Shown: one piece after another, positions 29,795 through 39,620 of the stretch | Layout of the letters: every line of letters starts with the position of its first letter | Numbering within the stretch: position 1 is the first letter of the stretch | Assembly (NCBI GenBank): GCA_050951325.1 | Contig: JBMNIW010000003.1 | Coordinates: 342,969 to 406,968, forward strand | Source of the DNA: Clostridia bacterium | GTDB taxonomy: Bacteria > Bacillota > Clostridia > UBA1212 > DUPL01 | DNA length: 64,000 nt | Direction of reading: 5' to 3' | Program-made: the position numbers and the translations under genes | The notes under the pieces: generated by a model | What the model was told of the DNA's origin: nothing | The model's database searches: none | The model's input: only the letters and a program-made list of their open reading frames with translations

Positions 29795-30340
29795 CTAACT
29801 CTGAGTGGCCGTATAAACGCTGTCCACACTCACACTTATGTTCTGCACCTCAAGATCCATGGTAACTTCAACAGAGCCCTTGATTCTATCTTGAATGCTT
29901 TTGCAGAGGTTCGGCACGTGCACGTCTGGCATTACCGACAGTTTCACTATTATATTTACTTTATCCTTCTTGAAATATGCTTTCGCTTTGGCATCCTTTA
30001 CACCCTGGAATCTTCTGGACAGGGAGTTTGCAACATTTTCAATGGCAGTAGTGGAAATCCTGACAACTCCCGACTCATTCTCGGTTACCAGATATTTTGA
30101 CGATCTGGTGTTTTTGATTCCGGAGGTCAGGAAGAACACATTCAGACACAAGAAAACAAGACCGATAATAAACAACATAATGTCATACCTGTTTGATTGA
30201 AAAAAGTTTGCGTTAGTGTACTCGATAATGTATTCCATCAATATCTTGTTGCCAAAAGGCGAAATCATAATAACAGCGCTTGCAACCGACGCTAAAAATG
30301 CATAAATTACCGCCAAAACCCTAAACAGATAATTACTCAC
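29795..30340 (-). CDS. amaP: Alkaline shock response membrane anchor protein
   Basis: Two N-terminal TMs, GVVRISTTAIE, Asp23-like C-terminus; synteny. Confidence 0.8.
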   Translation of the reverse strand: MSNYLFRVLAVIYAFLASVASAVIMISPFGNKILMEYIIEYTNANFFQSNRYDIMLFIIGLVFLCLNVFFLTSGIKNTRSSKYLVTENESGVVRISTTAIENVANSLSRRFQGVKDAKAKAYFKKDKVNIIVKLSVMPDVHVPNLCKSIQDRIKGSVEVTMDLEVQNISVSVDSVYTATQS

Positions 30341-30719
30341 CAAAATCCACTCCTTGTACATGTATATTGACTACCGGAACCGAGATGCTTGTAAGCGCCT
30401 CCACAGTATCCTTTACCTTCTCTTGTATCTTCCAGGCAAGATCAGGTATCCTGTATCCATACTTCACAATTACATACAAATCTATCGTTGTTTCATCATT
30501 CTTTGTTTCAACCTTCACACCTTTGGCAGGATTCTCCCCTCCAAAGGCTTCTACCAGACCACCGGCTATTCCAGGACTCATGGAAGCAACCCCCTCCACT
30601 TCGGAACAGGCAATCCCCGCTATAACGGCTATAACCTCGTCCGTTATGAGTATGTCTTCCTTGTCATTTTCTTCGGGATAACCATTCATCATATTGTCAT
30701 CATCAAAGGACTTGTCCAA
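30333..30719 (-). CDS. Asp23/Gls24 family envelope stress protein
   Basis: DEVIAVIAG, KGVKVE, YGYRIPD, VNIHVQGV; TTG start with AGGGGG RBS. Confidence 0.9.
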   Translation of the reverse strand: MDKSFDDDNMMNGYPEENDKEDILITDEVIAVIAGIACSEVEGVASMSPGIAGGLVEAFGGENPAKGVKVETKNDETTIDLYVIVKYGYRIPDLAWKIQEKVKDTVEALTSISVPVVNIHVQGVDFGE

Positions 30720-30791
30720 GTTTAATCCCCCTAGTATCTGTTTACGCAGATAATTATAACACATTATGACAAAACAGTCATAATAAAAAGT

Positions 30792-30822
30792 AAAAATGGC
30801 GCAATGCAAACTACACTGCGCC
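30792..30822 (-). terminator. Terminator after spoIIIA operon
   Basis: TGGCGCAGTG..CATTGCGCCA followed by TTTTT on the minus strand. Confidence 0.6.
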
Positions 30823-30848
30823 ACCTCTACATATATGTCTTACATTCT

Positions 30849-31379
30849 TCAACTTATGTTCTTGACTACGATCTGATCAAGAGTTGCTCCTGTGGTGTCA
30901 ATTGCTATGCCTGCAAGTACCATCACTTCCTGCTCGGTAAGCTCTTCAGCCATGACTGTCACATAAATATATCCATCTTCATCAAGCTCTACAATGACTT
31001 CCTCATAACCTCTTCCTTTAATGGCAGTCTCCATGTCGGATTCAAGTTCGATCATCATCTCAATGGCATCCTTAAGCTCCATGGCCTGCACCTTTTCTTC
31101 CTCCGATGATTCCGTATCATCAATAACTGCAGCACACTCCGCTACCAAAAGACTTCTTTTGCTCTCTCTTTCCAATCTTGCTCCAGCAAAGAACTCCTCC
31201 GCATCCAGAATGGTCTCATCGAGATAATCGTCAGGATCATTCACTATGAGACCCTTCTTGTCGTCATCCTTGCCTGCCGCCTTGTCCTTGTTGTTCCTGA
31301 TATTCTGAAATATGGCAGCTGCCAGAAGTACCAGACATATGCCAAGCGCTATCAACCGTTTTGTTTTAAGACTCATCAT
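30849..31379 (-). CDS. spoIIIAH: Stage III sporulation protein AH
   Basis: N-terminal TM, FFAGARLERE, IKGRGYEE; last gene of the 8-gene operon. Confidence 0.85.
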   Translation of the reverse strand: MMSLKTKRLIALGICLVLLAAAIFQNIRNNKDKAAGKDDDKKGLIVNDPDDYLDETILDAEEFFAGARLERESKRSLLVAECAAVIDDTESSEEEKVQAMELKDAIEMMIELESDMETAIKGRGYEEVIVELDEDGYIYVTVMAEELTEQEVMVLAGIAIDTTGATLDQIVVKNIS

Positions 31380-31434
31380 AACCCCTCCATCAAGCTCAAT
31401 AAACTTCTAATTATACATAAATATATGATGCGTG

Positions 31435-32043
31435 TCAGCTCTTCATGCTAAGAATTTCAACCCTGTGAGGCTCAATTCCATATAAGGCTACCAAGGCATT
31501 CATAATGCGCTCCTTAACCACATTACTCCTGGCGCCTTGGGCAGATACCACTATTCCTTTCACCTTCGGATACACAACCTTAAGAACCACAGTGCCGTTG
31601 TTGTCAAAGACATCCTTTCTCTCCCTGTAATCATTCTGCTTCCTCTTGCCTCCCTCGGAATCCTGCTCCTCAAGGTTTGATTCGTTCTTTTCGCTGTCAT
31701 AAGCAGGAACCAGCTCACAGGACTCATCCACGTATACCAGAACTTTCACTTTCCCAACACCTTCAATGGTTGAAAGCAAATCCTCCATCTGCTTTTGAAG
31801 ATAGTTTGCGTATTCATCAGGCCCCATAAGCTCCATGCCGCTTTCAATTTCTGATATGCCTGGTGTTTTGGTCGCCTGGGGCAAAAACATTTTAGGCGAC
31901 TCTTTGCCCCCCGAAACGTCAAGCAACATGTTCCCCAGAATAATCAACAAACACCCAACCACCACCATTATAATTATCTTCTTGTATTTGGTGACAAACC
32001 CTTTTATCACTTCAATATTGTTTTTAAGATCCATTTTCCACAC
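31435..32043 (-). CDS. spoIIIAG: Stage III sporulation protein AG
   Basis: LSTIEGVGKVKV, PKVKGIVVSAQGA, HRVEI. Confidence 0.9.
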   Translation of the reverse strand: MWKMDLKNNIEVIKGFVTKYKKIIIMVVVGCLLIILGNMLLDVSGGKESPKMFLPQATKTPGISEIESGMELMGPDEYANYLQKQMEDLLSTIEGVGKVKVLVYVDESCELVPAYDSEKNESNLEEQDSEGGKRKQNDYRERKDVFDNNGTVVLKVVYPKVKGIVVSAQGARSNVVKERIMNALVALYGIEPHRVEILSMKS

Positions 32044-32049
32044 CCCGTT

Positions 32050-32685
32050 TCAAACCCAGTCTATTGATATATTCTTCTCATCAACTCCAAGAAGAAGAGA
32101 CACAACATATCTTATCTCCTTCTCCTTTTCCTTCTTCTCCTCACTTATCTTCTTTTCACCTTCCTCATCCTTGTGTTTCTTAACTTTGATTCCATCCGTA
32201 CCTATAACAATCTTGTCAATCTTATCAATTGGCTTTACAATACTCTTTTTCTCCTTTTTGCCATCCTCCAGCCTCACATTACATGAAACTGATGCAACAA
32301 ATCCAAAACTGTCCGATTCAATATCCCTGTTAACCACAATCACTGTATCGCTCACAACTCCAATTCCCATCAAGGCATCGTTAACCTCTTTTTCAAGTCT
32401 GTTGACGTATTGATTCATAACCTCATCCGTATACATATTGTATTCCTCAGCATCCTTCACACCTGCAAGCAGTTCCGAATATGCCAGATTGACTTGTATC
32501 TTGTTGTTATTGATGTTCTTGAAAAAACCGTCCGCCAGATCTGTCAGAGGAGAAATAATCACTGCGAGAAAAACAAACCCAAAGGCTACCTTGCATGTTT
32601 TCTTGATATTTCCATCCGGCACCAGCTGCAAAAGCATGGTAAGAAGAAATGAGGATACAATTATTGTAAACAACCACTCTTTCAT
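32050..32685 (-). CDS. spoIIIAF: Stage III sporulation protein AF
   Basis: N-terminal W..LVPDG..KK..IISP two-TM motif; operon position. Confidence 0.82.
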   Translation of the reverse strand: MKEWLFTIIVSSFLLTMLLQLVPDGNIKKTCKVAFGFVFLAVIISPLTDLADGFFKNINNNKIQVNLAYSELLAGVKDAEEYNMYTDEVMNQYVNRLEKEVNDALMGIGVVSDTVIVVNRDIESDSFGFVASVSCNVRLEDGKKEKKSIVKPIDKIDKIVIGTDGIKVKKHKDEEGEKKISEEKKEKEKEIRYVVSLLLGVDEKNISIDWV

Positions 32686-33698
32686 AACGACCTCCCAAGA
32701 GAAACCATGACGGCAATATTTATAATATACATTACACCAAGCAGTGCTGTGATTGACATTATCATGGACAATGCATCAGCAACCAGTGTAATCACCTTGC
32801 TAATCTTTTCATGGGCAACCGGTGATACAAAAACGACAGCCAGCCTGTACAATATTACAATTGACAAAATCTTAATAAACGGAGAAAGACACGCCACAAA
32901 TACCGCTGCCATGACCCCCACGCCCCCTGCATCCTTAAGTATACCTGCTCCTGAAAACACCAGGTCCGCAGACTCGGCCAGGTATCTTCCCACCACAGGC
33001 ACCATGCTTCCCGCATATTTTAATGTTCTCGTACTTATGCTGGTAAAACTATTTGCCACTATGCCGGACACAGAGGCGCTGCAGGCAAACACCACCATCG
33101 TAATACCCAATATCCAGTTGAAGGTGCTTCTTATTATTGTTCTTATTCCGGTTACACTGAACTTGTCCGATATGACCTCGCAGAATCCCAGAGCTCCGAA
33201 TATAACGGCCAGAGGCAGCAGTATGCTTTTAATTACCAAAGTCACTGACTGGGCAATAATCAGAAACACCGCTCCCTGGCTGTTTAGTGAAACAGCAGAC
33301 AGAATTGGAATGGACGCCACCGTAATAGCTGACATCTTGGTCATGGCTTCGTTGGCAAGACCTACAACTTTGACAAAATCAGCTACTGCAGGCACTGCCA
33401 GTATTGCAGCTGCCACAATCAGCACCGTTTCAGACCAGGAGGCCTTGTCCGGAGCAGATACGGAGAAAATAAATACAGTAAGATATGTAATCCCGATAAT
33501 GTATAATACCGTATCCACATTCCCTGCAAGATTCTTAAACAACTCACCCATAACCTTCAACAGTATCTCGCCAAAGGACAGATTCATCCTTCCCTCCATG
33601 GCATTCTCCATAATCGCAACAGGGTCAAGAAGCCCTTCCCATAAACTTCCCGCCGTATCCAACTTGTCCTTAAGTTCGTTAATAACCGTGTTATCCAT
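32682..33698 (-). CDS. spoIIIAE: Stage III sporulation protein AE
   Basis: Multi-TM, VPVVGRYL, ILKDAGGVG; ATG 33698 with AGGTGA RBS avoids overlap with spoIIIAD. Confidence 0.85.
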   Translation of the reverse strand: MDNTVINELKDKLDTAGSLWEGLLDPVAIMENAMEGRMNLSFGEILLKVMGELFKNLAGNVDTVLYIIGITYLTVFIFSVSAPDKASWSETVLIVAAAILAVPAVADFVKVVGLANEAMTKMSAITVASIPILSAVSLNSQGAVFLIIAQSVTLVIKSILLPLAVIFGALGFCEVISDKFSVTGIRTIIRSTFNWILGITMVVFACSASVSGIVANSFTSISTRTLKYAGSMVPVVGRYLAESADLVFSGAGILKDAGGVGVMAAVFVACLSPFIKILSIVILYRLAVVFVSPVAHEKISKVITLVADALSMIMSITALLGVMYIINIAVMVSLGRSL

Positions 33699-33712
33699 AA
33701 TGTCACCTGCCC

Positions 33713-34102
33713 TTAAAACAGAGTCTTCAGCGTGGACAAAAGTTTTACAGCCAGTGGCAAAGCCAGCCATACAATGAATATCCTGCCCGCAAGCTCTATC
33801 TTGCCTGCTATTGCTGTTTGCTCTGCGTCCTTGCAGGTGGACGAGGCAAACTCTGTTACGTATGCTATTCCCATAATCTTCATTAGAGTAACTGCTTCTT
33901 CTCCTGAAAGGTTTGCACTGCCATAGATGCCTGAAAGTGAATTTATAACGGACGCAAGCCTGTCTGTAAGAATTCCAAATATCATAATGCAGCCCATTAT
34001 CGTCAGCGGAATCGTTAGCTCCGATTTGGTGTTTTTTAATAAAATTACCATTATAGCTGTAAATAAACCGATGACAACAACCTTTACAATATCCTCAAAC
34101 AT
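33713..34102 (-). CDS. spoIIIAD: Stage III sporulation protein AD
   Basis: KIMGIAYVTEFASSTCKDA..IAGKIELAG. Confidence 0.92.
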   Translation of the reverse strand: MFEDIVKVVVIGLFTAIMVILLKNTKSELTIPLTIMGCIMIFGILTDRLASVINSLSGIYGSANLSGEEAVTLMKIMGIAYVTEFASSTCKDAEQTAIAGKIELAGRIFIVWLALPLAVKLLSTLKTLF

Positions 34103-34115
34103 GACCTATCCCCTT

Positions 34116-34310
34116 TCAAAACCTGAACAAGTTCTTCAGGGTGTCAAACAAACTTGAAATCTCTCTTGCCATGATAACCAGCACCACAACCAAACCCGCC
34201 AAGGTTACCATCAGCGCCTGCTCATCCCTGCCAGATTGCTTCAAAAGTGAATTAAGTATCGCCACTATAATTCCAAGGGCCGCAATTTTGAAAATAAGAT
34301 CTATGTCCAT
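34116..34310 (-). CDS. spoIIIAC: Stage III sporulation protein AC
   Basis: MDIDLIFKIAALGIIVA..LKQSGRDE..TLAG. Confidence 0.95.
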   Translation of the reverse strand: MDIDLIFKIAALGIIVAILNSLLKQSGRDEQALMVTLAGLVVVLVIMAREISSLFDTLKNLFRF

Positions 34311-34326
34311 GATCAGTCTCCTTTAC

Positions 34327-34860
34327 TTACCACAGAATTACAGATAATATGACGGATGCGGCGATGCATATTTTCGTCACTATACCGCCATCCCTTGTAT
34401 TTATCTCTTCTGCCTTTTTTTCAAGCTCGCCAAGCCTCTCGATTACGTTATTTATAACCTCAGACTGAATCTCCGTCTTTGAATTCCCCAATACCGCCCC
34501 TATTTCATAAAGGGCAGTCTTGTCTTCAGCTTTTAAATAAAATGAGCCTTCAAAACTGTCAACAGCCTTGCTCCAAGCTTCATGTACTTCCATGCCTTTA
34601 ACAAGGTTTTCTGCAGCACATGCAAACAGATCCCTTCCTCCTTCGTTTTTATACATGGCAAGACTGCATGCCATAAGTCCCTCCTCCAGAATACTGTATG
34701 TATTTATCTGGTTTATAAGATACCTAAGAGCATTCTGCAAAGACGACAATATTCTGACCCGTTCCTTCAACGATTTTTTTATTGTATTCCCTAAAATCAA
34801 GGATGAAGATATGATTAGAACGCATCCACCAATTTTTAAAGCATATACAGCATAACCCAT
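34327..34860 (-). CDS. spoIIIAB: Stage III sporulation protein AB
   Basis: LKIGGCVLII N-terminal TM, GAVLGNS, C-terminal TM; operon position. Confidence 0.82.
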   Translation of the reverse strand: MGYAVYALKIGGCVLIISSSLILGNTIKKSLKERVRILSSLQNALRYLINQINTYSILEEGLMACSLAMYKNEGGRDLFACAAENLVKGMEVHEAWSKAVDSFEGSFYLKAEDKTALYEIGAVLGNSKTEIQSEVINNVIERLGELEKKAEEINTRDGGIVTKICIAASVILSVILW

Positions 34861-34868
34861 AAGCGCAT

Positions 34869-35816
34869 CTACCTTCCCCTCTTTACAATTCTCTCCAAAG
34901 TTCCGGGACCGTTCCGGCTGCTCAAAATGATGTATGTTTCAAAAACATTGTTTCCCTCCAACTCCCTTATCTCAGGCCGTGACTCAACATCTTCCAAGCT
35001 GTAGCCGTGGGCTGTGGCAATAATCCGTACACCAGCATTCATGGCTGCCATGACAGCACCAGCGTCCCCGGGACCTCCAATTTCATCAGTGATAATGATA
35101 TTGGGGGACAATGCCCTGAGCATCATGAAAATACCTTTTGTTTTGGGACAGGAATCATATACATCAGTACGTAATCCCACATCATTGGACGGAACCCCTC
35201 TTGCAACCGCTGCAATCTCGCTTCTTTCATCCACAATTCCAACATTTACCCCAACAAAGTCGGGGGAAGTTGTCCCAGTAGATAAAAGTCTTGCCAAATC
35301 CCTTATTATCGTTGTCTTGCCGGAGCAAGGTGGGGAGATTATGAGAGTATTGTATATGTCTCTTGGATTTCGTATGATATAAGGGAGGAATATTCTTGCA
35401 CAGTCCTTTATCTGTCTTGAGATGCGAATATTGAGGCTGGATATGTCGCGCATGTTGCCATCAGGGAGAATTCGTCCCGATATACCTACTCTGTGTCCGC
35501 CTTGCAGCGTTATGAATCCATTTTTAATATCTTCTGCATAGGCATAAACCGAATACCTGCAAAGCTGGGTAAATATGAGGGAAATCTCATGATAGTTCGG
35601 TTTGTAAGCAGAGTTTACGTCACCGGTCTGTCCCCTTTGCGTTATCATGTAATGGACTCCTCTTGATACAACTATCAAAGGAAGACCTGCCCTTATTCTA
35701 ATCTCCTCGGCATTGTCAAATACATGAGCTATATTCACATAAGCCTTTTGAAGTATCGAGCCTGTCTCTCCTCCGATTTTGTCTAGTATCTCTTCCTTCA
35801 CCTTTCTATCCAACAC
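34869..35816 (-). CDS. spoIIIAA: Stage III sporulation ATPase AA
   Basis: EEIRIR, GFITLQGGHRVG, SPPCSGKTT, VDERSEIA, DEIG, ATAHG. Confidence 0.95.
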   Translation of the reverse strand: MLDRKVKEEILDKIGGETGSILQKAYVNIAHVFDNAEEIRIRAGLPLIVVSRGVHYMITQRGQTGDVNSAYKPNYHEISLIFTQLCRYSVYAYAEDIKNGFITLQGGHRVGISGRILPDGNMRDISSLNIRISRQIKDCARIFLPYIIRNPRDIYNTLIISPPCSGKTTIIRDLARLLSTGTTSPDFVGVNVGIVDERSEIAAVARGVPSNDVGLRTDVYDSCPKTKGIFMMLRALSPNIIITDEIGGPGDAGAVMAAMNAGVRIIATAHGYSLEDVESRPEIRELEGNNVFETYIILSSRNGPGTLERIVKRGR

Positions 35817-35918
35817 ACTTCACACCTCCTTGTTGCAGCATGTCCCAACCCATGGTTTGTACTATTATATTAATGAGGCTGTACCGTTATTACCAAAAAG
35901 GGCAAAAAAAAAGAGCCC

Positions 35919-37745
35919 CTATTCAAGGCTCGCGATGAATTCATCAACAAACTTTCTTATGTAGTCTCCTCTCAATCTTGCGAAGGTCTTTAGCTGTTCA
36001 ATCCTCCACAGCCATTCGCTTTCGTCACCTCCATGGTATTTCCAGAATATCCCGATGTCAGTTCTCCAATCATTCCTCATCTCAAAAAGCAAAGCATCAA
36101 CCAGTTCAGGAGTTATTCTGTTACAAAAACCCAATAAATAGCTTAGAAATCTTTCTCTGAACTCCTGGTTATCAAGACATGAATTTAAAACCTCACCCAA
36201 ACACGGACCTTTGGTCATCCTGTTGCCAAGAACATCTCTCAGGGTGTTGTCGAAATAATCTACAAAAACATTTCTGTAGTCCATATCCTTTATTAAAAAG
36301 CGCCATTTTCCATTTCTGCCTTCAAAACTCTTGCTGGGTATTCCCCTATACCTCCAAGCAAGTACATTGTTGTGCGGCCAATCCGTGTTCCTTATATATA
36401 TCTGATAAGCCATGTACTCAATAAAGTTGTTCACATCAATGACTTCTTCCATTTCAGAAATATCATGCACCGACCAGTCTGTATTTACTAGCATTGACAT
36501 GTCTTCTTCAAATTTGCTTACTGCAGTTTCCGAACCGTAAGAAGAGGTATAAATGAAGCCCTTGCTCTCATAGGTAATTCCCACCATGTCAACAAACTCA
36601 CTAGGAATACAATACCTTGACTCAATATAATCTCCATCCATGGACTCCCTTATGTTCATTAAAGAATAATATTTACCATTTATGTATACCGTACAGGGAG
36701 TTCCTTCCTGCCAGTCAAGTCCCATTTCCCTGGCCAGTCTGTGCAGAAAAACATCCTTGAACATAATGCCGGTAAAATCATTGCCCGAGTTTCTAAAAAT
36801 AAGTTTGTCAAACTCTTTTATTGGTCTTCCATAATTGTCTTCCAAACCTTCAAAAATTTCAAACTCTATTTTACCCTTTCCATATTTCTTTCTGGCATAT
36901 ATCTTCAAAGATTTTACAGAAAAATGTCTGGATGCTCCTCCATTTATTCTTAAACCCACCTTCTGGTCAACAACCAGATTTCCCATAATGTCAAATATCT
37001 GTATATGGGCTTCTCTTTCCCATTCAATGCCTTTTTGTAGATAGTTTCTTGGGAAATGGCTGTTAACACTTCTTTCAGGGTTCCTTTTTCGTTCATCATC
37101 AAAAGTTTTCCCTTTAATAAAAATACCTTCCTCATATCCATACAAGCTCTCTTCGTCTATGCAGATACTAACAAAATATTTACCGTATAAAGTTCTTTCT
37201 CCTATTATGTACGTAAAGGTATATACATCAGTCACACATTCATTTTTCTCGTTAACGGCGATAGCCCTGATAATTGTAATTCTCACAGGATCCTTTGCAG
37301 AGTACGACTTGTCAGGTATACGTATAGATTCTTCATAGAAATAACTACCCTGGTCAAGATTGTCAATATCAGGCATAACACCACCGCTATATACGTATTC
37401 TTCTCCAGTTTTTGCTACCTTGGTGTTCTCATCACACTCAAAAGCTTCATGACTTGTTATCGTATACAGAATTCTGTACTCCTCATTGCTGCAGAAAAGC
37501 TCCAACAGAAAACCAGAGTTATAAAAGCCGGGGGCTTTGGATGCTGTTATTGTCACACCTTCCTCAATGACAATAGGTTTGGGAGTTGGTTTTATATTAG
37601 AGGAAGTCGGAACAGGAGTAAAAGTTGGATTAAGGACACTTTCATCCATCTCCAATGACATGACACTAACAAACACAAAGCAGGCAATAAGAAGTATAAC
37701 TGCCAATATCAAAAACATCTTTGCGTTTTTAACCATAATACTCAT
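35919..37745 (-). CDS. CotH-family kinase with N-terminal TM anchor and Pro/Thr linker
   Basis: GIEWERE, GLRINGGASR..KSLKIYAR, FRNSGND, NTDWPHNN, KWRFLIKDMD. Confidence 0.85.
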   Translation of the reverse strand: MSIMVKNAKMFLILAVILLIACFVFVSVMSLEMDESVLNPTFTPVPTSSNIKPTPKPIVIEEGVTITASKAPGFYNSGFLLELFCSNEEYRILYTITSHEAFECDENTKVAKTGEEYVYSGGVMPDIDNLDQGSYFYEESIRIPDKSYSAKDPVRITIIRAIAVNEKNECVTDVYTFTYIIGERTLYGKYFVSICIDEESLYGYEEGIFIKGKTFDDERKRNPERSVNSHFPRNYLQKGIEWEREAHIQIFDIMGNLVVDQKVGLRINGGASRHFSVKSLKIYARKKYGKGKIEFEIFEGLEDNYGRPIKEFDKLIFRNSGNDFTGIMFKDVFLHRLAREMGLDWQEGTPCTVYINGKYYSLMNIRESMDGDYIESRYCIPSEFVDMVGITYESKGFIYTSSYGSETAVSKFEEDMSMLVNTDWSVHDISEMEEVIDVNNFIEYMAYQIYIRNTDWPHNNVLAWRYRGIPSKSFEGRNGKWRFLIKDMDYRNVFVDYFDNTLRDVLGNRMTKGPCLGEVLNSCLDNQEFRERFLSYLLGFCNRITPELVDALLFEMRNDWRTDIGIFWKYHGGDESEWLWRIEQLKTFARLRGDYIRKFVDEFIASLE

Positions 37746-37823
37746 TCCTACAACTTTTCCAGATTTATTTAAATGGTACTACACGAATCATAAAAAAGAA
37801 TGAACACTTTATAAACATAACAT

Positions 37824-37857
37824 AAAAAAAGGAGCATTTTTTTTATTCGCTCCTTTT
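37824..37857. terminator. Intrinsic terminator overlapping end of small ORF
   Basis: AAAAGGAGC..GCTCCTTTT inverted repeat with T-runs on both strands. Confidence 0.55.
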
Positions 37858-37992
37858 ATCCTTTATAATTCTTGTTTTCTTTCCTGCTGCCGATTCCGCT
37901 AGTTTCTCAAACTCCATCACAAATTCAAATGGCTTTTCTTCGCCGTTAAGCGGTATCACTATGGGGTTGTTGAATTTTTGTTCCTTATCCAT
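37843..37992 (-). CDS. Small hypothetical protein (49 aa)
   Basis: GGAGGT RBS before ATG 37992; terminator at its end. Confidence 0.55.
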   Translation of the reverse strand: MDKEQKFNNPIVIPLNGEEKPFEFVMEFEKLAESAAGKKTRIIKDKRSE

Positions 37993-38045
37993 TTTGACCT
38001 CCAAATCATAATGGTAGTATTGTAAGTCAAAATGCATAAAGTATA

Positions 38046-38762
38046 CTACAAATCTAATACCATTTCCTTCATAACCTTCTTATTCTCAAAACGCAGCCTG
38101 TTCAACACGTTTGCAACATCAGCATCATCTGTCATTACATATATCTTCCCTGACTCATGTATAATGCTTGCAGCCAAAGCAGAGAGTGCTTCAAATACAT
38201 ATTTGGCAGGATCTTTGATTCTAAAATCCTTGCAGCCGCCAACACTCACGTTGTACCTGCACGAACCAATCCTTTCATCTTCTATATAAAAGAAAACATC
38301 AAACATTTGCAAATCACCTTTTTTAACGCAATACACATCCTTTGCTCTTTCAAACACATTAGCAGAAAATGAATACCTGAATTTTGTCTGCAGTTCCTTA
38401 AAACCCATTTTTATATAAAGCTCATAAGCAGGTATGTTGACAGCATCAACTGTCAGCATGCAGGATGAATACATGCAATTTTCAGCATGTTCAATTGTTC
38501 TCTCCATCATGGCTTTCCCTACACCTTGCCTGCGATATTCATCAAGAACAGCAATTCTGTGGATGTATAAAGAATCTCCATGCATTTTCGTATAACAATA
38601 TCCAACTGCCTTGTGCTTGTTCCTTGCCACAAGATAGAAGTGGTTTTGTATGTCCTTGAACTGTTCAAACCGGTAAGGATCCTTTGGAAAACAAGTCTCC
38701 TCTATGGTTAAAAACTCAGCATAGGTAAACTCCTCATCATTTTCAATAATTCTGAAATTCAT
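38046..38762 (-). CDS. GNAT acetyltransferase (RimI-like N-domain plus diverged C-domain)
   Basis: IAVLDEYRRQGVG acetyl-CoA motif, NIPAYELYIKMGF. Confidence 0.85.
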   Translation of the reverse strand: MNFRIIENDEEFTYAEFLTIEETCFPKDPYRFEQFKDIQNHFYLVARNKHKAVGYCYTKMHGDSLYIHRIAVLDEYRRQGVGKAMMERTIEHAENCMYSSCMLTVDAVNIPAYELYIKMGFKELQTKFRYSFSANVFERAKDVYCVKKGDLQMFDVFFYIEDERIGSCRYNVSVGGCKDFRIKDPAKYVFEALSALAASIIHESGKIYVMTDDADVANVLNRLRFENKKVMKEMVLDL

Positions 38763-38773
38763 AAAACACCTTT

Positions 38774-39256
38774 TTATTTATTTTTCTGATACGCAATCCT
38801 GGGAGACCCATCTTCAAGCCAAATTGTTCCACACTTCAAAAAGCCATACTTTTCAAGCAAATGCTGCATGATTTTATTGTCCTCGTGCGTGTCTATTTTT
38901 AAATTTGAATGTATGTCAAAGCAGTAGCCAACAATATACTCAAGCATGCCCTTATGTTTCCCCCTGCTTGCAATTCTATGAAGAAAACCATATTCTTTAT
39001 CATCAAGCCAGGCACCTTCAATGATTTCATAAGTTGGCTCTATCCCGATGGAAAAATAGAAAACAGACTCTATTTCCCCATCAATATCACACACATACAA
39101 ATTACCTGATTCAATATCCTCCACCACAAGCTCTTTTGGTGGATACCCATTCTTCCACTGATGAGGGTTACCTTTCTCAGCCATGTATTGTCTTGCCCTT
39201 TCATATATCTCAAGTATATCATCCAAATCTTCAATTACAGCCTTCCTGATTTCCAT
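38774..39256 (-). CDS. GNAT acetyltransferase
   Basis: QWKNGYP, LHRIAS, IDTHEDNKIMQHLLEKYGF..CGTI. Confidence 0.87.
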   Translation of the reverse strand: MEIRKAVIEDLDDILEIYERARQYMAEKGNPHQWKNGYPPKELVVEDIESGNLYVCDIDGEIESVFYFSIGIEPTYEIIEGAWLDDKEYGFLHRIASRGKHKGMLEYIVGYCFDIHSNLKIDTHEDNKIMQHLLEKYGFLKCGTIWLEDGSPRIAYQKNK

Positions 39257-39317
39257 ACTGACTCCTTTTTTCACACTATACTATCACTTAGAAGTAGTTT
39301 GTACAAGATATTTTTAC

Positions 39318-39416
39318 TATGTGACAAAATGAAGTATAAAATGGGAAAACGGGGGATTCCCGGATATTGAACTACTGGATGGGAGATTTCTTACTGGTTT
39401 TCAGTTAAAAGAATAG
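39318..39416 (+). pseudogene. Relic of an XRE-family helix-turn-helix regulator
   Basis: Frame from 39318 reads YVTK*SIKWENGGFPDIELL, matching the XRE recognition-helix signature; internal TGA, no start codon. Confidence 0.55.
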
Positions 39417-39443
39417 TGGTCATAACTAATCGTCATGACCACT
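39414..39443 (-). terminator. Hairpin downstream of tRNA-fMet
   Basis: AGTGGTCAT..ATGACCACT inverted repeat followed by ATTCTTTT on the minus strand. Confidence 0.6.
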
Positions 39444-39448
39444 TGATT

Positions 39449-39524
<76 letters not shown>

Positions 39525-39620
39525 TCAATTATTCTTTTGTCTTTCAACAGTTATAATTATAGCACAATCCACGAAAAAAACAACAACGAATCAGTAAACA
39601 AAATGTTAACACAAACACGC

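Noticed and set aside
33699-33770. Longer spoIIIAE start overlapping spoIIIAD by 58 nt
   Set aside because: ATG at 33698 has an AGGTGA RBS and removes the overlap.
32707-33777. 356-aa ORF antisense to spoIIIAE
   Set aside because: Shadow frame of a hydrophobic membrane gene; no RBS or motif recognised. The same applies to other long antisense ORFs such as 22480-23253 and 43513-44181.
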